This document shows positions 1-10,575 of a stretch of DNA of 64,000 bases, one piece after another (position 1 is the first letter of the stretch; each line of letters begins with the position of its first letter). The notes below the pieces were generated by a model. That model saw nothing but the letters and a program-made list of their open reading frames with translations. It did no database searches and was not told the DNA's origin. The position numbers were made by a program, and so were the translations under genes. The DNA is taken from the IMG/VR virus record IMGVR_UViG_3300046819_000361; one strand, 5' to 3'. The stretch is from a virus. Its lineage: Duplodnaviria; Caudoviricetes.

Positions 1-300
1 AACATCTTGCCAGTTACCTGGCTTAATATCGTTTGGATGTGCAGTTAATGAATGACTTTTCGTAACCCACCGATTATTAATGTAATATCTGATAGAGTGA
101 AACCTATTGTATGGCCAATATACAAAATCTTGGAGATATCTCAATCCTTCTTCTGCCAACCAATATCGAACTGGGTGTTTTAATTGTGCTTCTTTTCGCC
201 ATTCTCGCCATTGTCGTGCAGTACCTGCTTCTGGTTTTGGTGTACCAGAAAGCCATTTCGCAAACGTAGAGCAAGACCAGTAATTTGCATATTGTGCCAT
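1..300 (-). CDS. hypothetical phage protein (3'-truncated by window)
   Basis: ATG at 300 with GAGGA RBS; open frame MAQYANYWSCSTFAKWLSGTPKP... runs off the window start. Confidence 0.6.
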   Translation of the reverse strand, partial: MAQYANYWSCSTFAKWLSGTPKPEAGTARQWREWRKEAQLKHPVRYWLAEEGLRYLQDFVYWPYNRFHSIRYYINNRWVTKSHSLTAHPNDIKPGNWQDV

Positions 301-313
301 ATTTTTCCTCTTA

Positions 314-679
314 TTATTTTACTAAAAATGGTTCTAAATTTGGTGGTGAAAAACTGGCAGGTTTTAAAACTTTTCCATCTTCTCTTTTTAATACTTTACC
401 TGTATCCGGGTCAATTTTACTCATATTAGACCGGATAACTTCATTCCATGCACCTTCTACGTCAACCCCTGCTGATAACAGTGCACCAACCCCAACTACT
501 ATCATATCTAAAATTGCATCAGTGACTTCTACTAGGTCATTATTACTCTCCGCCACACTCAATTCATTAAATTCTTCTCTAATGAGGTTCAAGTATAGAT
601 TATACTGTGCTTCATTGAATTTGTCAACTGTTTGGTCTGATGCGACCATAAATGTTTCTTGATCTTTAAAAATACTCAT
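314..679 (-). CDS. MazG-like/PRA-PH nucleoside triphosphate pyrophosphohydrolase
   Basis: LIREEFNEL...EVTDAILD...WNEVIRSNMSK...REDGKVLKP motifs; probable start MSIFKDQ after AAGGA RBS (ORF extends in frame further upstream). Confidence 0.75.
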   Translation of the reverse strand: MSIFKDQETFMVASDQTVDKFNEAQYNLYLNLIREEFNELSVAESNNDLVEVTDAILDMIVVGVGALLSAGVDVEGAWNEVIRSNMSKIDPDTGKVLKREDGKVLKPASFSPPNLEPFLVK

Positions 680-860
680 TTTAATTTCCTTATTATTTTC
701 TTGTAATCGTTCTTTAATAGAAGTATATGCAGTAATCATACCCATATGTACTTGTATACTAGCTACGTTATCGCTAGTATTGCATATATTTACAAGAGAT
801 GCAATCTCTTGATCACAAAAATCGATGCATCCTTGTATTTTATCATTCATTTTAATTTCC

Positions 861-1214
861 TTATTGTTGTTCTTCACTGAACCACCGTAGTGTAAACCAC
901 GTGGCATCTTCTGGTCGTTCAAACATCCATTGTTCACGATAGCCGTTAAAATTACCTTTTAAATTTTCTGAACACCATGTTTTAATCACGTGTTCATTTA
1001 ATGACCTAGCTATTGGATATGGAAGTTTTATTTGTGTCCAATCTGGGAAAGCTGTTTTAAATAACTCCCAAAAGATTTCTCTATCCATTTCTTCTTGAAT
1101 TTCTTTTGCAAGAGTTGCAGACATCAAATCTTGTGCTGGTTCAATAGCCCAAGAAGCTTTTAATTTTCTAGGCGTAGCGTTTATTGTTTTTGATGTTATT
1201 TGAATTGTAGACAT
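861..1214 (-). CDS. small protein with T4 gp23 major-capsid-like segment
   Basis: TPRKLKASWAIEPAQDLM..LAKEIQEEMDREI resembles the gp23 RKLKA..ELAQDL..EI..EI.RE region. Confidence 0.5.
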   Translation of the reverse strand: MSTIQITSKTINATPRKLKASWAIEPAQDLMSATLAKEIQEEMDREIFWELFKTAFPDWTQIKLPYPIARSLNEHVIKTWCSENLKGNFNGYREQWMFERPEDATWFTLRWFSEEQQ

Positions 1215-1230
1215 CCTTGTCCTTAAATAT

Positions 1231-1617
1231 TTATTCTACTTTACCACCAAGGTCTCTTAACTTCCTAGTAAAGTCCTTTCGTTTTCGATAATCAATTATG
1301 ATAACAGTACTTGTAGAAAAATCTGACTGATCAACCGCAATTTTCGAGTCTCTGAGACTATATCCAGTATACTCTCTAACGAGTTTTATAGCTGAAATAA
1401 CTGAACCATTAGCCCGAATATTTCCTATTCTAAATTTTACTTCAGATGCAGACGAACCTTCAATCATTCTAAAGAACACCCGACCTTTTACTTCTGTACC
1501 AAGTGCCACATTCATTGCTTCCCAAACTTCCATTGCTTTATCAGCCCCATAATGTCTGGTTAAACTTTTAACAAACATAACACCATCATTTACAACGTCT
1601 TCTAATGTCTCGCTCAT
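1231..1617 (-). CDS. protein with ribosomal L7/L12 C-terminal-like domain
   Basis: ISAIKLVREYTGYSLRDSKIAVD...LRDLGGKVE matches the L7/L12 CTD pattern. Confidence 0.6.
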   Translation of the reverse strand: MSETLEDVVNDGVMFVKSLTRHYGADKAMEVWEAMNVALGTEVKGRVFFRMIEGSSASEVKFRIGNIRANGSVISAIKLVREYTGYSLRDSKIAVDQSDFSTSTVIIIDYRKRKDFTRKLRDLGGKVE

Positions 1618-2794
1618 ATAATCCTCAACGTGTCTTTCCAAGTAAACTCACAATAATGTTCACAATTATCAGAACCATACTCATATCTTTCAGACTGCCA
1701 TACGTATACGACCCCATGTTCATCTAGTGAAATACCTTTCACTATTTTTACAACAATGCCTTTGTTTTTGTCAATATCAACGACTTCATCACCAACTTTC
1801 AACGTGTTAGATTCATTTAATCGTCTAGTTTTTTCTAACCATTGTTGTCTTTCAATTTTTTTCACAGTGGATTACTCTTTAATAATAAAAATGTAAATTC
1901 AACTTGGTCAACTACTGCTGTTTTTATATCTTCAGTGCGATGTTTTAAATATCGTAAATCATCACCGTCTTTCCTCCATATTCTTTCAGAGTGCATAACT
2001 AATTTCCAATCAGAAATTATTACTTTGTCAGTATGTGAAATAAGAGGTGAATAATTAGTAAAATATTTCCCATTATACCATGATACTAATGCATCTGAAA
2101 TCTCGTAAAGAACAATACTCATCGTTGATGTTGTATAAGAGATGCTTGACCTTCTTTTAGATACCAGTCAAATTCAGTTCTACAATCTGAACAGCATTTT
2201 TTGTTCATTGATCTAAAATGCAGTAATGCCCCATTACATTTAGGGCATCTTTCTAATGGCTCTGAATGGTTCATTGTGGATCTACTTTATTAAGTTCTAC
2301 TACTGTAGTTTCCGATACTGGTGTTTCTTCCACTGGACCAATCTTTACATATGCAAAAACAATTACCATCATAGTGATTGTTATCATCACAAATAGTGAT
2401 ACCAGAACATTTCGAATTAGTTCCATTGTTTAGTCCTCGTCGTTGTTATCGTGGGTTTCGTTTACTTCTTTAACTGTAGATTCTATCCACAACATAGCTC
2501 GTAAAAAGCCTTCTGCCTCAACCGTATTGATAGTTAAGCCGTCAGCTTTAATACTTTCGTAAAAGTCTTTAGCACGTCTAACTTCCCACTCAATTGTTTC
2601 AGTTAAGTGTTCGTACTTTTCTTGGGCTATTCTATTTGGTTTTGAACGGTTATTTGCTTCGCGTTCGATTAAGCATTTAATCGTGTCTACAATTGTTTTA
2701 TCGATATCTATCATGTTGGATCTCATAAAAGTAAATGAAAACTTATTATATCAGATTTATCTGTGATGTCAAGATAAATTTTAAAAACGGACTA

Positions 2795-3850
2795 TCAGAG
2801 GTGTAAAATTTCACCAGTGAAGTTCAACTCATTTCGCAAAAACTGTTCTATCTCAGATTTATACAACACTGAAGTATTTACTACTACCGATGTTGTAATC
2901 ATTTTTGGAAGTGTGATTGGAATAGTGCATCCAGGAATGAATTTACCACTTTTTCGCTGATCTTTATCAATAATAGCTACTATATTCTTGCGAATTTCAA
3001 TTGGAATACTACCAACAAACGTAGAGGCATGTGCCCCTGCTCCGTAAATCGTAAAATCAATATTCAACGCTGACAGAATGTTGTCATACGCCAGTTTAGA
3101 ACGTGATATGGCGTTTGTAATCTGTTGCTTTTTGATAGGTGTAATTATAATTCCAATATGTGACTTGTTTAATAAATCTATTTGGTATGCAGTAGTAAAC
3201 CCAGATAATGCGGAACACAAGTTTAAACTATTAATACTAAAATGTTGCACATGGTCATTAAAAAAATCTACTACCTGGTCATTCATAAGAGTAGAATCCA
3301 GATTTGGGACTTCAATATACACCTGGCCAGTGTCTGAAAGCCGTGATTTACAAAGTTTTAAAAATTCGATTGGGTTATCGATATGTTCTATTATATGTCT
3401 AGCAATTATTAAGTCATATTGGTTATCAGGGAATGATACATCAAAAAATTGCTGATAATGGGTGATTGCTGTGTTTTCGTATCCAGTAATACATGGATCA
3501 ACAGTAGTGACATTGCAACCATGTTCAGAATAGTAATTTGCAATTTCACCAGACCCAGATCCTATTTCTAAAATAGATATGTTAGATACATTTAAAAAAT
3601 TTATTATATTTGTTAAATTATTATTCATGGATACACTTATTGCTTTTTTTGTAACATAACTATCGGCAGTGTATATAGATGGCTGAAAGTTAAAATTAGT
3701 CACATGGTTACAGTTATCACAGACACGCACATTCATTGATGTTGTTTGTACATTTGTAGCAGTATCAAACAATTGTGCCGAGGAAACCGGTACCGAATCA
3801 AAAACACTTACAATTTCCATTGGTGATTGGCATATTGGGCATTTACTCAT
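2795..3850 (-). CDS. class I SAM-dependent methyltransferase (sugar C-methyltransferase-like, Zn-binding N-terminus)
   Basis: CPIC/CDNC, ILEIGSGSG, HIIEHI, IEVPN, C-terminal IYGAG. Confidence 0.8.
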   Translation of the reverse strand: MSKCPICQSPMEIVSVFDSVPVSSAQLFDTATNVQTTSMNVRVCDNCNHVTNFNFQPSIYTADSYVTKKAISVSMNNNLTNIINFLNVSNISILEIGSGSGEIANYYSEHGCNVTTVDPCITGYENTAITHYQQFFDVSFPDNQYDLIIARHIIEHIDNPIEFLKLCKSRLSDTGQVYIEVPNLDSTLMNDQVVDFFNDHVQHFSINSLNLCSALSGFTTAYQIDLLNKSHIGIIITPIKKQQITNAISRSKLAYDNILSALNIDFTIYGAGAHASTFVGSIPIEIRKNIVAIIDKDQRKSGKFIPGCTIPITLPKMITTSVVVNTSVLYKSEIEQFLRNELNFTGEILHL

Positions 3851-4866
3851 ATAAAATCTCCTAAATTATCGGAATCCCGTGCTATATTAACAGCAATTGC
3901 TGTCGGGTATGGATTACTATTGGCATAGTCATTAATTACCACTCTTTTAGAATGATGAACTTCCATAATTAAATCACAATCTCCAAATCCCAATTCATCA
4001 AGCATATTCATAGTCAAATTTTTGTATTGTTTTCCACGGGCAGTACAAAATATAATTTTACATCCCCTAGCCATTTCGGATTTCAGCTTATTGATATTGT
4101 TTGTTAATGGTATATATGGTTCATAATAATTCATAGTTGATTTGATTATAGTTCCATCAATATCACAAAAATAGGTTGGCCTGTTATTATATTCAAACCA
4201 CTCAGGCGCGGTTCCTATATCGATAAAATTTGTTACATACTGTTCAATAAATATAGTACCGTTTAAAATTAAATAATCAATAACATTAGATACATATATT
4301 TCTGATCTACTGTTACTGTATAACGCCTCAAATGATTTAATAAAATCACGTGCAGTACCAAATTGATACCCACCAACGCAAAAACTGCTGCTTACTATTT
4401 GTTTTTCTACAATACTTGTTATGATTCCTTGATTATTTGATAGTGTATAACTTTTTCCGGCAGTATTATGCATATGCGGGTTATCCTTCAAGTCTGAAAC
4501 ATATACATTATTACCAGGTTCTATCGTACAATCAAAATAACTATCACAATCTTTAATGAATATAGGAGATTCCTCATCAATTCCAGCTATTTTAAGTGCT
4601 TTGTAAACAGTTTCGGCTGGACCAGATGTTATCTCTGGTAATATAATAATATTAATATTGTCACCAAAAACTTCTTTTAATTTTTGGGATGCATTAAATT
4701 GTTTATCGTGAGTTTCTAATATAACAAGCGTTACATTATATTTACCAATGAATTGTTTTGCTGAATTTTCGACCATCATTAACCCTTTGTAATCGGTTAA
4801 TAGATACTTTGGTCGTAGATTAGGAAATCTAGATGACATTCCGGCGCAGGGTATAATTATTTCCAT
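3847..4866 (-). CDS. sugar-phosphate nucleotidyltransferase fused to HAD-like phosphatase
   Basis: IIPCAGMSSRF...PKYLL N-terminus; C-terminal CDIDGT HAD motif. Confidence 0.75.
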   Translation of the reverse strand: MEIIIPCAGMSSRFPNLRPKYLLTDYKGLMMVENSAKQFIGKYNVTLVILETHDKQFNASQKLKEVFGDNINIIILPEITSGPAETVYKALKIAGIDEESPIFIKDCDSYFDCTIEPGNNVYVSDLKDNPHMHNTAGKSYTLSNNQGIITSIVEKQIVSSSFCVGGYQFGTARDFIKSFEALYSNSRSEIYVSNVIDYLILNGTIFIEQYVTNFIDIGTAPEWFEYNNRPTYFCDIDGTIIKSTMNYYEPYIPLTNNINKLKSEMARGCKIIFCTARGKQYKNLTMNMLDELGFGDCDLIMEVHHSKRVVINDYANSNPYPTAIAVNIARDSDNLGDFI

Positions 4867-5609
4867 AAGTTATTAATCTCGTTAATTAAGTAAGTCTCAT
4901 CCATTAATGATTTGGTATACGGTAGTATTCTCATTAACATTAATATCAATAGATAATCATTATTACAATTGAATTTGGATATTTCTTCATCTATATTTTT
5001 AAGTTTGGAATTTATGTATAAGTCTGGCTCATTTCGAATAAACCATTTACATTTAAGATCCTGTCTTAATTTTGCTATATCAAACACATACGATGAATAT
5101 TCGGTTGTTATTGGATCTATTAAAATAAAATCATTTTTGTGTGTTGAATATAAAATATTCTCAAGTGTGAAATCACCATGATATTGTGATACAGGTATAT
5201 TTTTTGGTAGTTTAAACAATAAAGATTCTTTATCAAACACAAATTTATATTTTTCAAAATCTATACTATCTAATTTCTGTTTATATATTTCAGTAAAATC
5301 AAACGTACCAGTAGTACTGGTTTTTAGTGTAGATAATACTTTTTTAATGAAAGAGTTTAGTATATTGTTATCATAATGAGTTATGAATGTTTTAATATCT
5401 AAATTTGGTATATATTCCATATCATAACTGTTAGATGTTATATTAAATATTTTTGGGAATTGCAAATCCAATTCGCTCAATTCGGAAAATCTAGCAATAT
5501 TTCTTTCAATATTGTTAATTTTTCTTACTATTGTATTCCCGTTGTCATTTATTAAATATAATTCACTTGTTGAATACCCATTTTTTAGTTTTTTTAAGAT
5601 TTCGTCCAT
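4857..5609 (-). CDS. APH/choline-kinase-like phosphotransferase
   Basis: HGDFTLENI and LIDP motifs. Confidence 0.75.
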   Translation of the reverse strand: MDEILKKLKNGYSTSELYLINDNGNTIVRKINNIERNIARFSELSELDLQFPKIFNITSNSYDMEYIPNLDIKTFITHYDNNILNSFIKKVLSTLKTSTTGTFDFTEIYKQKLDSIDFEKYKFVFDKESLLFKLPKNIPVSQYHGDFTLENILYSTHKNDFILIDPITTEYSSYVFDIAKLRQDLKCKWFIRNEPDLYINSKLKNIDEEISKFNCNNDYLLILMLMRILPYTKSLMDETYLINEINNLWK

Positions 5610-6298
5610 GGAGTATTCTCTATTCCATACTTTCTGACATGTTCAGCTCTTTCTATATCCCTGCCTTTAGTGCACAAAGTATAGAACGAACTTTCATCAC
5701 TTGGCTCTGGAATATTTGATATAAAATGAATATTTTCATGACCAATGCTTAATGCCAATTTGTGTATCAATGGGTGTGTGTCTGCTGATTCTGGTCTTAA
5801 ATTTCGATAAGTATAATGTAATGATTGATGGACTTGATTAGTTAAATGCATTGGCCACATATATACATTGTCAGTGGTCCAGCGTAATATATCCCACCAA
5901 AATCCACCAGTTTCTGGATATAAAAAATTAAATTTGGTGTAATCTATATTTTCATTAAATAACACTTTATGAAAATGTATATCAAAGCGTGTTAAGATAA
6001 TGAAATCTAAATTTTCATTTTGAAATGCATCAAATGCACCTTTACAAGTAAATGGATCAGATCCTTCAAATTCACAAAAATGAATCTTTTCTGGTTTCAC
6101 AGTGGCATAGAATTCTTGTTCTATATCTGGGTCAGAGAATGGATAGGTTGTGACATATATATTAGCCTCATGCCCATTATCAATGAATGGTTGGACGAGC
6201 ATTTCATGAATGTTTGTCCAACAATGTCTGTAATCTTTAAATCCTTTAGTTGATTGTGTACCGTAGGTTATCCCGTAAAAACAAAATCCAATTTTCAT
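5594..6298 (-). CDS. hypothetical protein, possibly glycosyltransferase-like
   Basis: MKIGFCFYG start, DFIILTRFD motif; first gene of the sugar-modification operon. Confidence 0.5.
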   Translation of the reverse strand: MKIGFCFYGITYGTQSTKGFKDYRHCWTNIHEMLVQPFIDNGHEANIYVTTYPFSDPDIEQEFYATVKPEKIHFCEFEGSDPFTCKGAFDAFQNENLDFIILTRFDIHFHKVLFNENIDYTKFNFLYPETGGFWWDILRWTTDNVYMWPMHLTNQVHQSLHYTYRNLRPESADTHPLIHKLALSIGHENIHFISNIPEPSDESSFYTLCTKGRDIERAEHVRKYGIENTPWTKS

Positions 6299-7064
6299 AT
6301 ACTTCCTTGTAATATTTTATTTATATTAGGATTTAATTACTATTATTTTCTTTGTCGTTCGCACTCAATGCTATTAATGCGCTAGCATGCTTCTGTGCAT
6401 TTTCTGCAGTCAAATGAATCAACCCAGATTCAAGATACTTCATATCTTCTGAACAAGAACCCCACCATTTTGGTATATAAAATTCAGAGAATGATGGTAT
6501 GTAATACACCTTATTTTTTGGTAATGGTTTTCTAACTGGGGCTGGAACTTCTACATCACCAATTTTAATAGTTTTCATTTTTATGGCCAATAAATTGAAG
6601 CTTGTTTTCAATTCGGACGGCACCCATGTTTTACCATGATCTAGTGATCGGGTGAGGTTGTTATTAATGAGTTTGTATAAGATATGTTGATAATCATCAG
6701 TTCTCTTTAATGTTTCTCCAGATAATAATGCTTCATAAACTTCTTTATCGTTATTAAATGACATAATTGTTCCTATAAGTTAAGTTTAGTTTATTATAGC
6801 AGGTGATTTAATTTTGTCAAGAGTTCTTAAAGAATTGTTTGAAAACACTTTCTAATGCATCATGTAATTCATCGTCTAGTTTTTTAAATTCATCTTCTGA
6901 TAAGTCTAATGAAAATGGCAGCGTAACTGTTGAAATAACTTTTTTACCATGTATTTCAAATTTGTAATTTGCACCAGGAGTTTGGCATTTTGTTTTTGAT
7001 TCTATTAAATCGATTAAATCTCTCATTGTAGTTCCTTATTAACTACAATATTTATTCCTTCAAT

Positions 7065-7090
7065 AAAAAAGGGGACATAAAGTCCCCTTT
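7065..7090 (-). terminator. intrinsic terminator downstream of pmoC
   Basis: AAAGGGGAC-TTTAT-GTCCCCTTTTTT hairpin plus U tract. Confidence 0.75.
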
Positions 7091-7110
7091 CTTCTATCAG
7101 TGTATCTAGC

Positions 7111-7872
7111 TTACGCTAAATCGTTTTTCAACAATTTTGAAATCGCCATTACTTCTGTATTTACTACACCCATTACTGCAAGTGCGGCCCATCCAAAGAA
7201 TACGAACCCATAATGTAAAGGTGCAACAAATAATTCCTCCATAAACCAGAATGTGTGGCCCCATTCGTTCAGGCCAACATTTGGTAAGATCATGAAAGGA
7301 CCGATAACCGCGATCAAATACATCAAGTGCAATCCTTGTTGATAAGTAGGCAATCGAGTTTTTGCGTACATGAATGAAGCAGTACCAGTAATAATGTATA
7401 TTGGATAACTTAAGTAAAATTCAATAATATGACTTGGTGTAAAGTCTGTATCACGAACAATAGTTTGATGCCATGTACCATCTTGCTCAGTGAAGTATGA
7501 TGCCCCCCAATAGATAGCCCATCCATAACAGACTAGCCAGGTCCAGTGAGTGAAGTGGCGGTGTAATTCTTCTCTTGGAGCCAATGATTGGCCGGACATC
7601 ATAGCACGATCTCTTGTTTTCCAAATGTATCCATTGATACCAGCAAATAATAATACCTCAGCTACGATTTCAATGTACAACATGTTCATCCAGTATTTCT
7701 CAAATTCAGGTGCGAATGAGTCAAGACCAGCTGACCAGCCGTAAACACCTTCGTACCAACGAATGAATGAATAGAATACCAAATAGAGCATCATGCCTGC
7801 CCATAGGTTTACTTTATTTAACAACGGTGCAGCAGATGCATCGCTTTTTACGTTTTCAGATATAGCAGCCAT
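7111..7872 (-). CDS. pmoC: particulate methane monooxygenase subunit C
   Basis: YEGVYGWSAGLDSFAPEF, EQDGTWHQTIVRDTDFTPSH, LPNVGLNEWGHTFWFMEELFVAPLHYGFV signature; AGGAGG RBS. Confidence 0.98.
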   Translation of the reverse strand: MAAISENVKSDASAAPLLNKVNLWAGMMLYLVFYSFIRWYEGVYGWSAGLDSFAPEFEKYWMNMLYIEIVAEVLLFAGINGYIWKTRDRAMMSGQSLAPREELHRHFTHWTWLVCYGWAIYWGASYFTEQDGTWHQTIVRDTDFTPSHIIEFYLSYPIYIITGTASFMYAKTRLPTYQQGLHLMYLIAVIGPFMILPNVGLNEWGHTFWFMEELFVAPLHYGFVFFGWAALAVMGVVNTEVMAISKLLKNDLA

Positions 7873-7979
7873 TTTATACCTCCTAATAGGTTTTATTGAC
7901 TTTTTAATTCGGTTTAACGCCCGTTAAACCAGCTCGCGGGAGATAGAGCTACAACAACTGTTTAGTAGTTGATGTAATT

Positions 7980-8008
7980 ATTATATATCAGTGTGTCATG
8001 TTTGTCAA
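7980..8008 (-). promoter_or_regulatory. sigma70 consensus promoter for pmoC
   Basis: TTGACA-N17-TATAAT. Confidence 0.75.
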
Positions 8009-8036
8009 ATATTATTTATAATTACCTAGTAAAAAA

Positions 8037-9356
8037 CTAAAGTTTTTCACCTGGTGTGAACCCTCTAAAACATTTGAATCTTGGAAACCGTAAGCTATAG
8101 GTACCGTCTCTGTTTTTTGTTATCGCATCTGCACGGATTTCAGCCAGTTCACCAATAATTGTGCTACGGGACTGCCATATATCAAATCGAAGCTGGTCGC
8201 TAAACCCACTGCCAACGTTAACCAAGATTTCTCTGCCATCGTCGATGCCTTTACATACCAGCGCACCTGTGGCTCCTTCATTTTTTCCAGTTCCTTCTTC
8301 GACACCTACAATCTCCAAGGTTACTTCAATAAAAGGTTTTAATTTAAGCCATGCAACTGATCTTTTTAATTCATATGGCGCACTTGGGTCTTTTAACATA
8401 ATCCCCTCAAACCCACCATCAATTGCTTGTTTGTTTATTTCTAAATATCGTTGTTTACCTTCAGTAGTATCCAAATCAACTAATTCTTGGCCAACTACCC
8501 TAACATTCAATAATTTTAAAAATAAACCGTCATTCTCAAACCAGGTTTTTAATTGTTCTGATCTCGTCGATTGTGGTATATTACATACACCTTTTTCAAA
8601 ATCTGCCAATGGCAGCATATCGAAAAAATGAAGTACTGCATCGGATGTTTCCACATTATCTTTACGATACACTTGTTTCATCAAATCTTGAAACGATGAA
8701 CTCATTATTTCGCCATCTAATACCATTGGCTCTGAGAATCGTTTAGCCAATGTAGACAATTGCATTTTAACAGTATCAAAATTATGCAATTCTTTTCCGT
8801 TTCTACTGAACTGATCTACTTTCCCAGATGGATACATGATAGTAATTACCCGAACTCCATCAAGTTTTACTTCAATAAGTTTTTTACCAGTGACTTTTGT
8901 TTCATGATTAGCACTGTCATGTGCTAACTGACAACTGAAAACTGGTATTAAATATTTATTATATTTTTTTACAGCTTTGTTGATTGTTTTATCACTGACA
9001 CCACACCGCAAATCTTTAATTAGAATTCTGCGATACCAATTATTCCACTGTTCTTTAGTGGCGGTATTCATCAGTTCGTTTACTGCATCTCTAGCAGCGT
9101 TGCCAGTGCATGAACGATCAATAAAAGTAGAAACAGTGTTAAAAAAATCATCCCAAGCAAGTCCAGGTCCTGTTTCATCGGATTTCTCCCCAACTTGTTT
9201 AATACCAAATGTAACAGTTGAATCTAACGCAAGTTTGCATCCAGTAAAGAATACATCATTAGATTCAATTGCTTCTTCATTGATAATTGATTCTTTTGCT
9301 AATCGGCTGTTGTCTGCTTCAAGCAAAGACATCACCATCCATGGTTCTCTCATCAT
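8037..9356 (-). CDS. ATP-dependent DNA ligase
   Basis: EVKLDGVR (KxDG), LDGEI, EGIMLK, WLKLK, SLRFPRF. Confidence 0.95.
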   Translation of the reverse strand: MMREPWMVMSLLEADNSRLAKESIINEEAIESNDVFFTGCKLALDSTVTFGIKQVGEKSDETGPGLAWDDFFNTVSTFIDRSCTGNAARDAVNELMNTATKEQWNNWYRRILIKDLRCGVSDKTINKAVKKYNKYLIPVFSCQLAHDSANHETKVTGKKLIEVKLDGVRVITIMYPSGKVDQFSRNGKELHNFDTVKMQLSTLAKRFSEPMVLDGEIMSSSFQDLMKQVYRKDNVETSDAVLHFFDMLPLADFEKGVCNIPQSTRSEQLKTWFENDGLFLKLLNVRVVGQELVDLDTTEGKQRYLEINKQAIDGGFEGIMLKDPSAPYELKRSVAWLKLKPFIEVTLEIVGVEEGTGKNEGATGALVCKGIDDGREILVNVGSGFSDQLRFDIWQSRSTIIGELAEIRADAITKNRDGTYSLRFPRFKCFRGFTPGEKL

Positions 9357-9514
9357 TAATCCTTAATTGTCTGGTCTACCTAAAATCAACAGCATCAACG
9401 CCGCTATTACTGGTGATAAAAATACACTAATTATAAACCACCATAATCCGCTGCGTCCACGGTTGTCAGCCCCGAATGCAACTATCACACTAAATAAAAG
9501 CCAAAGCATCATAA

Positions 9515-10105
9515 TTATTTTCTCTTTGTAATAATTTCATCAATCAACCCATACGCAAGTGCTTCTTCGGCAGACATGAATTTATCACGTTCCATATCCA
9601 AAGAGAACTCGTCAAACGTTTTACCTTTACTGTTATGATCAACATAGATCTGGGTTAAGTTCTTTTTCATTTTCAAGATTTCTTCAACTTGAATTTGCAT
9701 GTCAGTAGCTTGCCCACCAGCACCACCACTCGGTTGATGAATCATATGCCTAGCATTTGGAAGCATGAATCTTTTTCCAGGGGCACCAGCAGTTGCTAAT
9801 AAAGATCCCATTGAACATGCTTGACCCATGACAATTGTACTTACATCTGGTTTGATGAATTGCATTGTGTCGTAGATAGCCATACCTGCAGTAACCACAC
9901 CACCTGGACTGTTAATAAAGAAGTTAATGTCTTCATTCCCTTGACTTTCTAAAAATAAAAGTTGAGCAACAATCACACTAGCAGAATGCTCATTCACGCC
10001 TGTATCAAGCATGATGATCCGATCTTTCATCAATCTGCTGTACAGGTCATACGAACGTTCACCTCGGGCTTCTTGTTCTACTACCATTGGGATTAAACTA
10101 GGCAT
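9515..10105 (-). CDS. clpP: ATP-dependent Clp protease proteolytic subunit
   Basis: [35 protein letters not shown]. Confidence 0.97.
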   Translation of the reverse strand: MPSLIPMVVEQEARGERSYDLYSRLMKDRIIMLDTGVNEHSASVIVAQLLFLESQGNEDINFFINSPGGVVTAGMAIYDTMQFIKPDVSTIVMGQACSMGSLLATAGAPGKRFMLPNARHMIHQPSGGAGGQATDMQIQVEEILKMKKNLTQIYVDHNSKGKTFDEFSLDMERDKFMSAEEALAYGLIDEIITKRK

Positions 10106-10118
10106 ATTTGTTCCTTTG

Positions 10119-10421
10119 TTATTGTGTGTTAAAGTTAATAGTAAGTGATGTCAGCCTGTCCCATGAGAAAGATCTCCATGCAGAGTTATCCAAATCGTAG
10201 ACCGGTAAAACATTCTCATTAATTATACGCTCTTTCTTCGGTGTGTCAACTGATTTTTCAATTTGTGGAATCAATGATGTATCCAAGGTGCATTTCATTT
10301 CCCGACTAGTACCATCCAATTTCAAAAATGAAATATTAACAGTACCGTTTTCCAAACAATATTTTACGCATTCTTTGAATTGTTCTCTATCTTCTGATGT
10401 CATTTCATTTATGGTCATCAA
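10119..10421 (-). CDS. conserved phage SH3/WYL-like small protein
   Basis: [15 protein letters not shown]...[12 protein letters not shown]. Confidence 0.55.
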   Translation of the reverse strand: MMTINEMTSEDREQFKECVKYCLENGTVNISFLKLDGTSREMKCTLDTSLIPQIEKSVDTPKKERIINENVLPVYDLDNSAWRSFSWDRLTSLTINFNTQ

Positions 10422-10575
10422 TTTCTTTCTCCGTGAGTTGTTTAAAATTTTCTAATTCTGATTCAAGATACCCAACTTTAGCTTCTAATTCATCAATATA
10501 AGTCGCAATTAGCTCATAAAATGAAGTAGAATTTGAAGTTGTTTGTCGTAGTAATGCACTTATAGTGTTAGACAT

